This document shows, in pieces, positions 48,461 to 58,778 of a stretch of 64,000 nt of DNA. The notes beneath the pieces were generated by a model. The model was not told the origin of the DNA, searched no databases, and worked only from the letters and a program-made list of their open reading frames with translations. The stretch comes from Ignavibacteriota bacterium (GTDB lineage Bacteria; Bacteroidota; Ignavibacteria; Kapaibacteriales; UBA2268). Location: positions 18,190 through 82,189 of the forward strand of contig JACRLY010000002.1 in assembly GCA_016219595.1 (NCBI GenBank), read 5' to 3'. The position numbers and the translations under genes were made by a program. Every line of letters starts with the position of its first letter. Positions within the stretch are counted from its first letter, which is position 1.

Positions 48461-49216
48461 TTATTGCTGACCGCCTGCTGTGCCTCTTAAATCGCAGTTG
48501 ATTTCAATACAACTGTTGGTTTCTACCCAGGTAATGAATGTTTCTTTTTGAAAATCATCCATAACTGAAATAATATTTTTCAGGAAATTACATAAACAAT
48601 CTGCCGCAGCTGCCTTGAAAACAGCTTTCTGGTCAGCTATAAGCTGCATTGTTTCAGCTTTCAGATTTTGAAGCAGGGCGTATGCCTGTGCTTGGTCGAT
48701 TGTCCCGTTTTCCAATTGCTGCTTAATATCATTTCTCTGCTGATTAGCATTTAATATAATAGTTTCTTTTGCATTTTCATAAATTTCTTCTGCCGATTCA
48801 ACACAATCCTCAAATGCTTCTTTAAATTCATGAACCTGGAATCGCTGAGCATCTGTCAGATTTAACTGGTAGAATATTTCCCCGTAATGACAACCGTCTT
48901 CATCGTCCTCGTCTTCTCCTTCGTGGTCATCATCGCCGTCATCATGGTGACCGTCACCGTCATCGCACTGGATTTTTGAAGATTTATCATTTGATTTTGA
49001 GTTGTATGGATTTATAATTGAAAACTCTTTTTCGATATTTCCTCCGTTAACTTCATCTCCTGTGATATTATGATATGTATGAATAGTCATATCGGAAAAT
49101 TCATTATTAACCGAAACTTTTGTCGGTGCATTACTGCCTGTATCGCTGCAGGAACTAATTGCAAATAATGAAATTATGATTAGAGAGAAAAAGATAGCAA
49201 TAAGTGATTTTTTCAT
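48461..49216 (-). CDS. periplasmic lipoprotein with His/Asp/Glu-rich tract and LTXXQ motif (Spy/CpxP/ZraP-like)
   Basis: 251 aa. Lipobox FAISSC. Acidic and His-rich run GDGHHDDGDDDHEGEDEDDEDG. LNLTDAQRFQV (LTxxQ) followed by helical Gln-rich repeats. Confidence 0.5.
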   Translation of the reverse strand: MKKSLIAIFFSLIIISLFAISSCSDTGSNAPTKVSVNNEFSDMTIHTYHNITGDEVNGGNIEKEFSIINPYNSKSNDKSSKIQCDDGDGHHDDGDDDHEGEDEDDEDGCHYGEIFYQLNLTDAQRFQVHEFKEAFEDCVESAEEIYENAKETIILNANQQRNDIKQQLENGTIDQAQAYALLQNLKAETMQLIADQKAVFKAAAADCLCNFLKNIISVMDDFQKETFITWVETNSCIEINCDLRGTAGGQQ

Positions 49217-49453
49217 ATAAAATCCTTAATAAATTAATAAAATATTTAATTTGTCCTAAAAAACCCATACAATACTATAAAATTTCTAATTAGTTTACAA
49301 GTATATTACATATTAGTAAATTAAATAATTGTCATTTCACTAATCACATTAAATACATTAATAACGCAAAAAATATATCAAATGTGTTAGAATTAATAAA
49401 TTTACAATATAAAATCACTATTTTTGTTAAATGATTAGCTTGATTGTCAATAT

Positions 49454-50599
49454 TTGAAAAGTATGAGAATAATAACAGCAGCAGAAATATTATCACTCGC
49501 AGAATTTAAAATCAGACCTATTATTACCAAGCTTCCACCATCAATTGTAGTAAATATTTATTCACCTGCTCGAAAAACATTCGTCAAACTCCTGGCAAGT
49601 GAAAGAAGGAGTAAAAGATATATACCACCTGATAGCGAAACGAGAAACTTATGGGGTATAAACTTCCAATCCGGAATTTTTAATGCCGCAGGTATGTTCA
49701 AACACGGTGAGGGTTATTATACAATGGCTATGCAGGGAGCCGGAGCTTACCTCGCCGGAACCAGTACAGGAATGTACCGAAGGGGAAATGAAAAACATGG
49801 GATTATTCATCCGTTTATACCATATCCCCGTTCAGGTTCAGCATCGAATTGGATGGGGTTGCCTAATTCAGGCAATTCCGAATTAGCAAAAAAACTTTCA
49901 AAAATTGAAAAAATCGATGGTTGTCCTATTGGCGTCAGCATCAGTGCTTCTCCCGAATTATCAGAATCGGCGGCTATGAAAGAAGTAGTGGGAGGTTTAT
50001 TTGAATTTAAAAAAGCAGGTGTTGATTTCATTGAATTAAACGAAAGCTGTCCAAATGTTCCTCATGAAAATAATGGTAAGAATTCTGCATTGGATGAACA
50101 CCTTTTGAACAGACTTGAATTTATAGGAAAAAATTTCATTGAAAAGTCAGCAGTTAAGGTTCCTGTAATAGTTAAATTATCGAATGATACAGATATAATA
50201 TTTTTACCAGCATTGCTCGATATTTTGACAGACCTGAAATTCGGTGGAGTAAATTTCGGGAATACTTCGACTGAATATGAACATTATTCAGAATTGATTG
50301 TGCCCGAAGAAAAATCAATATTTGATTATTTTACAACTAATTTCGGAGGAGGTTTGAGCGGCAGGCTGCTTAAGCACAGGTCTTATGAACTTGCTTCCTT
50401 TGCATCAAAATATATTGAAAATCATCAATCATCAGATGAGTTTTACGTAATCAGGACAGGCGGAATCGAATCGATAGAAGACCTGAGGCAATCAGATGAA
50501 TCAGGAATAGCACTCAATCAGTGGTTTACCGGTTACTTCGAAAGTTTTGCAAGGCATGGGCACTCATTATATAAGCATCTTTTCTCAAAACACAATTGA
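49454..50599 (+). CDS. dihydroorotate dehydrogenase-like flavoprotein (divergent)
   Basis: 381 aa; the likely start is the ATG at 49463. FNAAGMFK, MGLPNSG, IELNESCPNV, GGGLSGR and IRTGGI blocks parallel the DHODH TIM barrel. Confidence 0.55.
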   Translation: MKSMRIITAAEILSLAEFKIRPIITKLPPSIVVNIYSPARKTFVKLLASERRSKRYIPPDSETRNLWGINFQSGIFNAAGMFKHGEGYYTMAMQGAGAYLAGTSTGMYRRGNEKHGIIHPFIPYPRSGSASNWMGLPNSGNSELAKKLSKIEKIDGCPIGVSISASPELSESAAMKEVVGGLFEFKKAGVDFIELNESCPNVPHENNGKNSALDEHLLNRLEFIGKNFIEKSAVKVPVIVKLSNDTDIIFLPALLDILTDLKFGGVNFGNTSTEYEHYSELIVPEEKSIFDYFTTNFGGGLSGRLLKHRSYELASFASKYIENHQSSDEFYVIRTGGIESIEDLRQSDESGIALNQWFTGYFESFARHGHSLYKHLFSKHN

Positions 50600-50834
50600 T
50601 ACTTTGCAGTAAATTCAAAAGAAATAATATATAATTTAAAATTGTTTGTTTATAGCAATCCTGTTATTATTAAGTTAGCATAGCATAATAATATAAGTTA
50701 GAAAAGCTAAATAATTTTCGGTTTTATTTTATTATTAACTTTTGTAAATTTCTTTTATTATATTTGAATTAAGATATTAACTAATAGATTAAGTCAAGGG
50801 TTTTTGAGGATAAGAAAATAAAAACGGAGAAGGT

Positions 50835-51842
50835 ATGAGAACATGGAAGCCGATGCAGCGCGATAATTCATCTATACAAACCGTGCTTGACCTTGCATTG
50901 TCTTTTGAGCGGAGCAGAGTTCTGCTGACTGCATGTGAACTCGACCTGTTTTCGGTAATAGGAGCAAAAGTTAAACCTGCAGATGAGATTTCTGCTCAAC
51001 TCGATACTGACGAAAAAGCAACAGCAAGGCTTTTGAATGCTCTAGTGGCTATTGGATTGATAGAAAAAAACGACAATGGCTATCTCAATTCAAAAATTTC
51101 TCTTCGATTTTTCGATAAAACAAAACCAGAATATATTGGACTTTTCAAATACCAGAATTACCTGTGGAATCTATGGGGAAACCTTACAAAAACGGTTAAG
51201 CAGGGAAAACCACCAGACATAATGGATATTAAAGACATGACGAAGGACCAGATAAGCCCATTTATCGAGGCAATTAACTGGCGCTCTTCAATACTTGCCC
51301 ATGATGTAATCAGGTTACTGGATTTATCGAAAGTAAATAAACTGCTTGACCTTGCCGGAGGGCTGGGTAATTATACAATAGAATTTCTGAATCTTAAGCC
51401 GGAATTGGATGCAAGTCTTTTCGATTATCCGAATATAATACCGTTCACCGAAGAATATTTGAAATCTGAAGGATTTAATAAAAAGATTAATTTGATGAAA
51501 GGTGATTTCCGTACCGATAATTTTGGAACCGGTTATGACATGGTATTTATTTCATTTGCAATGCATCATGTTACTCTGTGGGAAAACATCCAATTATGCA
51601 ACAGGATTTATGACGCATTGAAACCCGGCGGTAAACTGATAATTCACGATTACCTTATAAATGATAACAGGATTTCACCTGAATACAATGCACTCCTTTC
51701 AATTGAAATGTTAGTCAGTTCAAACGGGGGAGATGTATATACAGAAACTGATTATTGGATTATGCTAAAAGAATCATGGTTTGAAAATATTCAGCGAATT
51801 GATACGGATTTTGGTACAGCACTTATTTCAGCGAGCAGATAA
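50835..51842 (+). CDS. class I SAM-dependent O-methyltransferase with N-terminal dimerisation/winged-helix domain
   Basis: 335 aa. SAM motif LLDLAGGLGNY. Overall layout matches the Methyltransf_2 (plant/bacterial O-MT) family. Confidence 0.65.
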   Translation: MRTWKPMQRDNSSIQTVLDLALSFERSRVLLTACELDLFSVIGAKVKPADEISAQLDTDEKATARLLNALVAIGLIEKNDNGYLNSKISLRFFDKTKPEYIGLFKYQNYLWNLWGNLTKTVKQGKPPDIMDIKDMTKDQISPFIEAINWRSSILAHDVIRLLDLSKVNKLLDLAGGLGNYTIEFLNLKPELDASLFDYPNIIPFTEEYLKSEGFNKKINLMKGDFRTDNFGTGYDMVFISFAMHHVTLWENIQLCNRIYDALKPGGKLIIHDYLINDNRISPEYNALLSIEMLVSSNGGDVYTETDYWIMLKESWFENIQRIDTDFGTALISASR

Positions 51843-51874
51843 TTGATAATACTGATAATTATTTTGAGGTAAAT

Positions 51875-52495
51875 ATGCTAAAAATCACATACCTTAGTCA
51901 TTCATCTTTTTTACTCGATGATGGAACTCATCAGCTTGTAATTGACCCTTTTCTGACCGGTAATCCCAACAGCCCTGTAAAGGTTTCCGACATCAAAGCA
52001 AAGTTTACTGTGCTGACACATGCTCACGGAGACCATCTTGGTGACGGCTTAACAATAGAGAAGGGATGCAAAGCTCATAACATGCATATTGGAGGGGGCA
52101 GGAATTTCGAGTTCGGAAGATTAAAATTCACGATTGCCCACCATGGCTCTGCTACACAGGATGGAAGGTATATGGGGGCACCTGCCGGTGTTATTATTAA
52201 AATGGGAGGAAAAACTGTTTATCATACCGGTGACACAGGATTATTCCTCGATATGAAACTCGTTGGTGAAATTGACAAAATTGATGCTTTATTTGTTCCG
52301 ATTGGTGATAATTTCACGATGGGAATCGACGATGCGGTTAGAGCTGTTGAATTTGTTAATCCCGAATTGACAGTACCTATGCATTACAACACATTTCCTG
52401 TAATCCAGGCAGACCCGGAAGTTTTCAAATCAAAACTCTCGGCTAATGAAAAAGATTGCAGGGTAATGAAATATGGTGAATCAATAACACTATAA
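51875..52495 (+). CDS. UPF0173-type metallo-beta-lactamase-fold hydrolase
   Basis: 206 aa. ITYLSHSSFLL, DPFLTGNP, LTHAHGDHLGD, HTGDT, PIGDNFTMG and PMHYNTFP blocks. Confidence 0.75.
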   Translation: MLKITYLSHSSFLLDDGTHQLVIDPFLTGNPNSPVKVSDIKAKFTVLTHAHGDHLGDGLTIEKGCKAHNMHIGGGRNFEFGRLKFTIAHHGSATQDGRYMGAPAGVIIKMGGKTVYHTGDTGLFLDMKLVGEIDKIDALFVPIGDNFTMGIDDAVRAVEFVNPELTVPMHYNTFPVIQADPEVFKSKLSANEKDCRVMKYGESITL

Positions 52496-52558
52496 TAAAA
52501 CCTTACAATCTCTATTTATAACATCACAACGTGATTCAGAATTGAACCATGAGAAATA

Positions 52559-53197
52559 TTATTTCATCGGATTCAACACATAGCTGCTGAGAAGTGTCCG
52601 AATCCAGATTGTATCCGGTGGTGTGACATTTGTATTAATATGAGTGATTTGTTCTGTTTTTATCAGTCCAACTCCCGGACATAAATATATTTCTTCGCTC
52701 GGACGTTTTATATAAATATATTTAATACAGTTGAACTTTCCTGCCGGGGTAATGACCGCAGAATTAAGACTTATTGTTTTTATTCCATCTGAATCATTTG
52801 GGTGAGTCTCATTTAGATATGTAGGATATTTAAAACCTAACTTCGCTGAATCAACATTTATATTTGTTGAATCTTTAAATTCATATCCCCAAAGTCCATC
52901 TTTTCTATTTGTAAAAATCATATTTGGTCTTCTACCAACAGACGTAACAAAATACCAATCTTCACCAGCAATAGTTTTTTTTCCGCTTACATAATGTGTA
53001 ATAGTATCGTATTGTTTTACTGTGTCTTTATTATATCGGTGATAACTGTAAACAAAATAAGTCCAGGTATTTCCTACTGCAAGGGGCCAAATTTCATTTT
53101 TTGAATCATTTGAATCAGTACCGGAATCACCACAGCCGTAAATTAAAAAAATAAGCACAATAGTAAATGTAGTTTTCAATTGCATAACTTTAATCAA
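52559..53197 (-). CDS. hypothetical lipoprotein
   Basis: 212 aa. Lipobox LIYGCGD. No family recognised. Confidence 0.5.
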   Translation of the reverse strand: MIKVMQLKTTFTIVLIFLIYGCGDSGTDSNDSKNEIWPLAVGNTWTYFVYSYHRYNKDTVKQYDTITHYVSGKKTIAGEDWYFVTSVGRRPNMIFTNRKDGLWGYEFKDSTNINVDSAKLGFKYPTYLNETHPNDSDGIKTISLNSAVITPAGKFNCIKYIYIKRPSEEIYLCPGVGLIKTEQITHINTNVTPPDTIWIRTLLSSYVLNPMK

Positions 53198-53391
53198 TTT
53201 ATATTACTCAATAACAATTTCAATTTGAAAATTAATATGAATTATAATCACGATTTTCATTAGCTAATTACAAATTAACATTATAGTAAGATTTGGCAAA
53301 ATTAAAAATAATGTTATTCACTTAAGGTATCAATTCAATATCTGGTAATTGAAATCGTCAAACAATTATTTATCTTTTATAAGGAAACATC

Positions 53392-53898
53392 ATGAGGAGA
53401 TTATACAAACCCATTTTGGTTTTAATCTTTATATTTTCTTTACAAATCAGTTCGGCACAAGGTCCAAAAGGTAAATCCTTCGGATTCGGTATAATGTTTG
53501 GTGACCCGACGGGAGCTACACTGAAATTCTGGACAAGCCAGGAAAATGCATTTGTAGTCGATGTCGGCAGTTCATATTTCGGCAGTTTGAGATTCAACGG
53601 TGATTATCTCTGGCACTTCGACGCATTCAATTCCCAGATTGTAAAACTTTATGCAGGTCCGGGTGCAGTCGTCGGCATTGGAGAAGGTCATAGTTACTGG
53701 TACAAAGAAGACCATGAAAAATTTTATTTTCGTAAAAGGGGTGATGTCGGAATCGGAGCAAGAGGGATGTTCGGAATTAATATAATACCAAGAAGAACCC
53801 CGCTTGAAATTTTCCTCGAATTCGGAGTTTTGATTGGAATTGTTCCGGATTTCGGAACCAGTGTCGATGCAGGTGTCGGAATAAGGTTTTATCCGTAA
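53392..53898 (+). CDS. small outer-membrane beta-barrel-like protein
   Basis: 168 aa with a signal peptide (SLQISSAQG). Gly-rich alternating pattern. Terminal aromatic ...GIRFYP. Confidence 0.5.
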   Translation: MRRLYKPILVLIFIFSLQISSAQGPKGKSFGFGIMFGDPTGATLKFWTSQENAFVVDVGSSYFGSLRFNGDYLWHFDAFNSQIVKLYAGPGAVVGIGEGHSYWYKEDHEKFYFRKRGDVGIGARGMFGINIIPRRTPLEIFLEFGVLIGIVPDFGTSVDAGVGIRFYP

Positions 53899-53903
53899 AA
53901 TTG

Positions 53904-53932
53904 AAAAAGCCACTACGTAAGTGGCTTTTTTT
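53904..53932. terminator. bidirectional rho-independent terminator
   Basis: AAAAAGCCAC-TACGTAA-GTGGCTTTTTTT. The A-run and T-run flank a GC-cored stem. It lies between the + gene ending at 53898 and the minus-strand tRNA ending at 53934. Confidence 0.7.
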
Positions 53933-53933
53933 G

Positions 53934-54005
53934 TGACCCCAAGCGGATTCGAACCGCTACTGCCAGCGTGAAAGGCTGGTGACCTAACCATTAGTCTATG
54001 GGGCC
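53934..54005 (-). tRNA. tRNA-Glu (anticodon UUC)
   Basis: Folded by hand. Acceptor GGCCCCA/TGGGGTC. D arm GACT-AATGGTTA-GGTC. Anticodon arm CCAGC-CTTTCAC-GCTGG. T arm AGCGG-TTCGAAT-CCGCT. Discriminator A; CCA is not encoded. Confidence 0.9.
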
Positions 54006-54035
54006 CATTTTTATATTTTTCATTTAAACGGACTA

Positions 54036-54067
54036 CAAAATTAAGAATTTATCATTGGTTCTACAAA
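54036..54067 (-). promoter_or_regulatory. Bacteroidota-type promoter candidate TTTG-N20-TAATTTTG upstream of tRNA-Glu
   Basis: The minus strand reads TTTGtagaaccaatgataaattctTAATTTTG and ends 30 nt upstream of the mature tRNA 5' end. It matches the TAnnTTTG -7 and TTTG -33 consensus described for Bacteroides sigma-A. Confidence 0.35.
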
Positions 54068-54181
54068 TTTATTTGAATTTGATGGAATTGTGCCTATGGT
54101 AATTAGCTTTCTATTAAAATATATATATTCTGCTTCGTTTTTCAAATTAATTTATGTAATTATTTTGTAAATATCCAGACT

Positions 54182-54868
54182 TTGCATGTTTGTATGAATG
54201 ATTTTATTATATCCGCACATAATCTGCAAAAGCACTACCGTACTATAAACGTAAACACCGTAGCTATAAAAAATATAGACATTAGTATTAAAAAAGGTGA
54301 TTTCACTGCTATCATGGGTCCTTCTGGTTGCGGCAAATCTACATTACTAAATATTTTGGGCCTTCTTGACTCTCCTACACAAGGTACGTATTATTTTCTT
54401 GGTAGGGAAGTCTCATCGCTTAAAGAAGCTACCCGTTCGAAAATCAGAAAAGGAAATATCGGATTTATTTTTCAGAATTTCAATCTGATTGAAAGTATGA
54501 CTGTCTATGAAAACATCGAATTGCCGTTAATTTATCTGAGCCGCAGTTCCTCAGAAAGAAAAAGTAAAATTAACGATATACTCGAATATATGAATATACA
54601 AACATTATCAAAAAGATACCCATTCCAGCTTTCAGGCGGTGAACAGCAAAGGGTGTCTCTTTCGAGAGCAATTGTATTTGGACCTAAGCTCATACTGGCA
54701 GATGAGCCAACAGGTAATCTTGATAATAAAAATTCAATTAAAATTATGGAATTATTATCTAAAATTAATAATGACGGTAAAACAATTGTACTTGTCACTC
54801 ACGATGCCCAATGTTCAAAATATTGTAAAAATGTAATTAATATCCTGGATGGAACTGTAGTAAATTAA
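54182..54868 (+). CDS. ABC transporter ATP-binding protein (MacB/LolD type)
   Basis: 228 aa; the likely start is the ATG at 54194. Walker A GPSGCGKST, signature LSGGEQQR, Walker B LILADEPT. Confidence 0.9.
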   Translation: MHVCMNDFIISAHNLQKHYRTINVNTVAIKNIDISIKKGDFTAIMGPSGCGKSTLLNILGLLDSPTQGTYYFLGREVSSLKEATRSKIRKGNIGFIFQNFNLIESMTVYENIELPLIYLSRSSSERKSKINDILEYMNIQTLSKRYPFQLSGGEQQRVSLSRAIVFGPKLILADEPTGNLDNKNSIKIMELLSKINNDGKTIVLVTHDAQCSKYCKNVINILDGTVVN

Positions 54869-54883
54869 TTTAAAATAGAAATT

Positions 54884-56953
54884 GTGTTTAAGCATTATTT
54901 TAAATCTATAATACGTGAAATTATCAACAGGAAATTCTATTCTTCCATAATCCTGATTGGATTCACTCTTGGTATTTCTCTCTGGATACTTATTATGCTA
55001 TGGATTGATTATGAAGAAAAATCATTCGGATTAAAAAACAATTCACTAATGTTATACAGAGTCAGCAATCTTGTAACCGAATCGAGTGAAGTTTGGCTGG
55101 ATTCTAATCATGTTTACCATTACAGACTCTTTCCGGAAACACCTTTCCCTTTGGCGCCTTCTCTAAAAAGTATGACTCCTTCGATTGTATCTATAGCTCG
55201 TTTCGGATATTTTAATGATACGATTGTTAGTAGTGGAGCTAAAAGTTTTACAGAAAAAAGATTCGCATTTGCGGATAAGGAATTTTTCAATTTTTTTAAG
55301 TTTCCTTTGATTAGTGGAAGTATTTCTGATTTTTCTAAAGACAGCAATGTTGTAATTATAAACAAAAAGACTGCCGATAAGTATTTTGACGGAGAAATTC
55401 CTGTTGGCAAAAAACTTTTTATAAATAATAAATATCAACTGAAAATCATTGCAGTAATAAAGAATATTTCTTCTTATAACAAGCTTCAATTCGATGCTAT
55501 AGCACCTATATCATTAATTAAAGATAAAAAAATAATAGATAACTGGATTTATGAAAATGTAAACACATATTTTTTTGTAAAGAGAAAAACAGACATAACT
55601 AAGATTATTCGTAACATAAATATGATTATGTATGACGAAAATTCTGTATATAGAGGAAATTACCTTGTTGAAATGATACCACGTCATCACAGTTATTCTG
55701 ATATAAGGGCAGATGCAGGAATAAGCGGAGATATTCAGTTTATATACATATTTTCTGCAATTGCCATATTTATTATTTTTATTGCTTGTATAAATTACTT
55801 TAATATTTCTGTCAGTCAGTTTGCAAACAGGTCAAAAGAAATTGCAATAAGAAAGACATTTGGGTCAAGTAAAAAGCAGATAGTCATTCAATATCTGATT
55901 GAAGGTCAGCTACTCTCATTTCTTTCACTTGCACTTGCAATAATACTTGTTAGTATATTAATCCCCAGGTTTAATTTAATTACTTCAGCCGATATTCAAA
56001 TCGGTTTTTGGAATAATGACTTACTCTTAATAAAATGCCTGATAATTACATTTCTGATTGGATTGATTTCAGCAAGTTACCCTGCTTTTTATTTTTCATC
56101 GGTAAATCCTTCCAGGATATTCTCAAGCCTCATTAGTTCCGGTGCAAAAGGCAGGGTATTCCGGTGGGTAATATCTTATATTCAATTTACAGTATCAGTA
56201 GCTTTAATTGTATCATCATTCAAGGTTGAAAGACAATTGGATTACCTGCGAAATACTAAAATGGGTTATGATGAAGATTATACTATTCAGGTACCATATA
56301 CTCAGAGTATAAAAAATAAATTTGATATATTTAAAAAAGATATGAAAGAGAATCCTGATATTTTAGACATTAAAATTTCAAATATCTCCGGCATTAATTC
56401 AAATAGCACTGAATCGAGTTTTTTATATATTAAAATATTCCCCCGGCATATTGCAGATAATATAAAATTTATAGGAAAAATATGGGAGAAATATGAGCAT
56501 GATAATTTATTTGAGTATCAGATAACTGATTCGGATATGAGAAAGGAATTTCGTTCCGAAACAATTATGATCGAGATTTTCAGATATTTTACGTTCACTT
56601 CATTCGTAATAACATTGCTTGGATTTTTCTGCATATCCAGTTTTATGACTGAACAAAGAAAAACAGAAATTGCAATCAGGAAAACATTCGGCGCCACATC
56701 ATTGAATAATTATTTTTTATTAATTAAAGAATATTTATTAATCGCCTTTGCAGCAATTATAACTGCTCATTTTGCAGTTACATCGACAGCAAGTGTGTGG
56801 GTGCAGAGATTTACTTATAAGATTGGTGATTTCCAATTAAATGAATATTTAGTCCCTACTGTGATTTCAATTCTGCTATTGATTCTAACTGTTAGTTTCC
56901 ATTCGGTAAAAGCCTCACGTAAAGAACCGGCAACAGTTTTGAAAAGAGAGTGA
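54884..56953 (+). CDS. ABC transporter permease, FtsX/MacB family (duplicated FtsX domain)
   Basis: 689 aa. An N-terminal TM plus periplasmic domain and a 3-TM FtsX module occur twice. Adjacent to the ATPase gene. Confidence 0.8.
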   Translation: MFKHYFKSIIREIINRKFYSSIILIGFTLGISLWILIMLWIDYEEKSFGLKNNSLMLYRVSNLVTESSEVWLDSNHVYHYRLFPETPFPLAPSLKSMTPSIVSIARFGYFNDTIVSSGAKSFTEKRFAFADKEFFNFFKFPLISGSISDFSKDSNVVIINKKTADKYFDGEIPVGKKLFINNKYQLKIIAVIKNISSYNKLQFDAIAPISLIKDKKIIDNWIYENVNTYFFVKRKTDITKIIRNINMIMYDENSVYRGNYLVEMIPRHHSYSDIRADAGISGDIQFIYIFSAIAIFIIFIACINYFNISVSQFANRSKEIAIRKTFGSSKKQIVIQYLIEGQLLSFLSLALAIILVSILIPRFNLITSADIQIGFWNNDLLLIKCLIITFLIGLISASYPAFYFSSVNPSRIFSSLISSGAKGRVFRWVISYIQFTVSVALIVSSFKVERQLDYLRNTKMGYDEDYTIQVPYTQSIKNKFDIFKKDMKENPDILDIKISNISGINSNSTESSFLYIKIFPRHIADNIKFIGKIWEKYEHDNLFEYQITDSDMRKEFRSETIMIEIFRYFTFTSFVITLLGFFCISSFMTEQRKTEIAIRKTFGATSLNNYFLLIKEYLLIAFAAIITAHFAVTSTASVWVQRFTYKIGDFQLNEYLVPTVISILLLILTVSFHSVKASRKEPATVLKRE

Positions 56954-57032
56954 ATTAAAATAATAAGGCAGAAATTTAAATAAAATACCATTCTTTTCTA
57001 TTCGTTGCAAACATGTGAACCAATCGCAACTT

Positions 57033-57515
57033 TCATTTCTGAATTAATTTCCAATAGGAATCCTTTCGAATGATTTTGCCATTCCTAAACTCCCAAAGAT
57101 CACAACCCCGTACTTTCACACTAACACCTGCAGTTGTTGTCCCGGTGAGAGTCCATTCTGACACTCCCATATTGTCTGCTACCCAATGACGGTCATCGCC
57201 GTAATGAACATCAGGAATACCTTTGAAACGACCGGCAAGTGCCTCACGTACCTGTGCTTTTCCGATGAAGCGTTGTCCCCAGGGTTCAGAAACCTTTGGC
57301 ATATCAAAGGAGCAGTCCTCGGCAAAGTATTTCATTATTGCATCAAGATCGTGACGATTGAATGCTTCGAGGATTTGCTTTAAAGTATCTACTGTTACTG
57401 TCATTTGTTTTAAGTTATTTTGAGTTTGCAATGTCTTGTTAGTTTTATTGCTATTACAACCAAAAAGAGCTAACAGTCCAATTAATAATCCCAAGATTAA
57501 ATTTAGTTTTTTCAT
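57033..57515 (-). CDS. SnoaL-like / NTF2-fold lipoprotein
   Basis: The track ORF starts at 57560. The Met at 57515 gives a lipoprotein signal (MKKLNLILGLLIGLLALFGC). The block ILEAFNRHDLDAIMKYFAEDCSF is typical of SnoaL-like domains. Confidence 0.6.
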   Translation of the reverse strand: MKKLNLILGLLIGLLALFGCNSNKTNKTLQTQNNLKQMTVTVDTLKQILEAFNRHDLDAIMKYFAEDCSFDMPKVSEPWGQRFIGKAQVREALAGRFKGIPDVHYGDDRHWVADNMGVSEWTLTGTTTAGVSVKVRGCDLWEFRNGKIIRKDSYWKLIQK

Positions 57516-57703
57516 TGTGTATTGTGTTAGCATTTTATCCATGGCATAGAGCATAACCAAGTAATTTATTAGTCACTAATTAAATTACTCCGGATATAAA
57601 AAAGTAATTTAAATGCACAGAATTTTCACCCAGTACGAAACAATTCATTTCTTATATCCCTGTTATGCATTCGGTCTACTTTCCCAAGAAGTAATGCCAT
57701 ACA

Positions 57704-58549
57704 TTATTTTTCGCCATAAATAACAAGTGCACTCGATTCAATATTGACATTACCATCAGGATATTTTTGTTTCACTGCCTGAAAAACTTCCTGTCTTATT
57801 TTTTCCCTTGTTTCATCATCAGCTTTATCAAGAGCATCTACAACAGGAGCAGCAACTTCTGTTATAAAATTCCAATAAACATCAGTTGTTTTGCAATTAA
57901 GTTTGCCTGGAATTTCTTTATGAGAAACATTTTTTAATCCTGCTTGTTTGAATAATTGAGATAAAACATCATCCTTGGCACAACGAAAAATACCCGGAGC
58001 ATCAGGAGGAGGTGAAGGCAAGTCCATATTCTTTTTAATTGTTCCCATGGTAGCCGTAACCCAGAAATTTTTTTCAGGCGCATCCCAAACTGCTGAAGCT
58101 ATTCTGCTTCCGGGTTTCAGAACACGCACCATTTCCTTAACTGCTAATGTCATATCCGGGAAAAACATAAAACCGAAACGACAGCTAATGGAATCAAATG
58201 TGTTGTCGGGAAACGGAAGTTCGCAAACATCACATGTATGAGTCTCGAAATTTTTAATTCCTCTTTTTGCAGCATTTTCGCGTGCTATTTCGAGCATGTC
58301 TTCTGCTAAATCGGAAATAATAACTTTTCCTCCAGATAGCATTGATGCAATCGTTAATCCGGGTTCACCTGTCCCTGAAGCAATATCAAGAACCATGTGG
58401 CCATTCCTTGGCTCGAGCAAACGTATGATTTCATCACCCACAGGTTTCATAAATTCCATTGCAAGGTCATCCCATTTTTTCCAGCCGGATGAAAATTTGT
58501 TCCAGGTCTCTTTTTGCTGTTCTCGAATTTGTTCAAATTTCTGTTCCAT
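57704..58549 (-). CDS. class I SAM-dependent methyltransferase (Methyltransf_11/UbiE-like)
   Basis: 281 aa. SAM motif VLDIASGTGEPG, post-I acidic ISDLA, and motif RVLKPGSRI. Confidence 0.75.
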   Translation of the reverse strand: MEQKFEQIREQQKETWNKFSSGWKKWDDLAMEFMKPVGDEIIRLLEPRNGHMVLDIASGTGEPGLTIASMLSGGKVIISDLAEDMLEIARENAAKRGIKNFETHTCDVCELPFPDNTFDSISCRFGFMFFPDMTLAVKEMVRVLKPGSRIASAVWDAPEKNFWVTATMGTIKKNMDLPSPPPDAPGIFRCAKDDVLSQLFKQAGLKNVSHKEIPGKLNCKTTDVYWNFITEVAAPVVDALDKADDETREKIRQEVFQAVKQKYPDGNVNIESSALVIYGEK

Positions 58550-58778
58550 AATTCTTATTTTATTAATAGTTTGATGTTGGAAATAATATCTAATTTATAC
58601 AATCAGCATAGTATAATCTAATTATATTTTTAGTTTTGCCTAAATTTAATTATATTTTTCATATTAACAAAAAAATATATTATATTCTTTCCCGATGATA
58701 TTTCATTCCCTTAAGTATCTTTTATTTAATATTAGTTATTTTTGCTATTGGTTTTTATAGTTTAAAAAAAAGTAAAAA

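Noticed and set aside
53572-53991. 139-aa minus-strand ORF
   Set aside because: It overlaps the tRNA-Glu gene and the terminator and runs antisense to the 53392-53898 gene. It is judged spurious.
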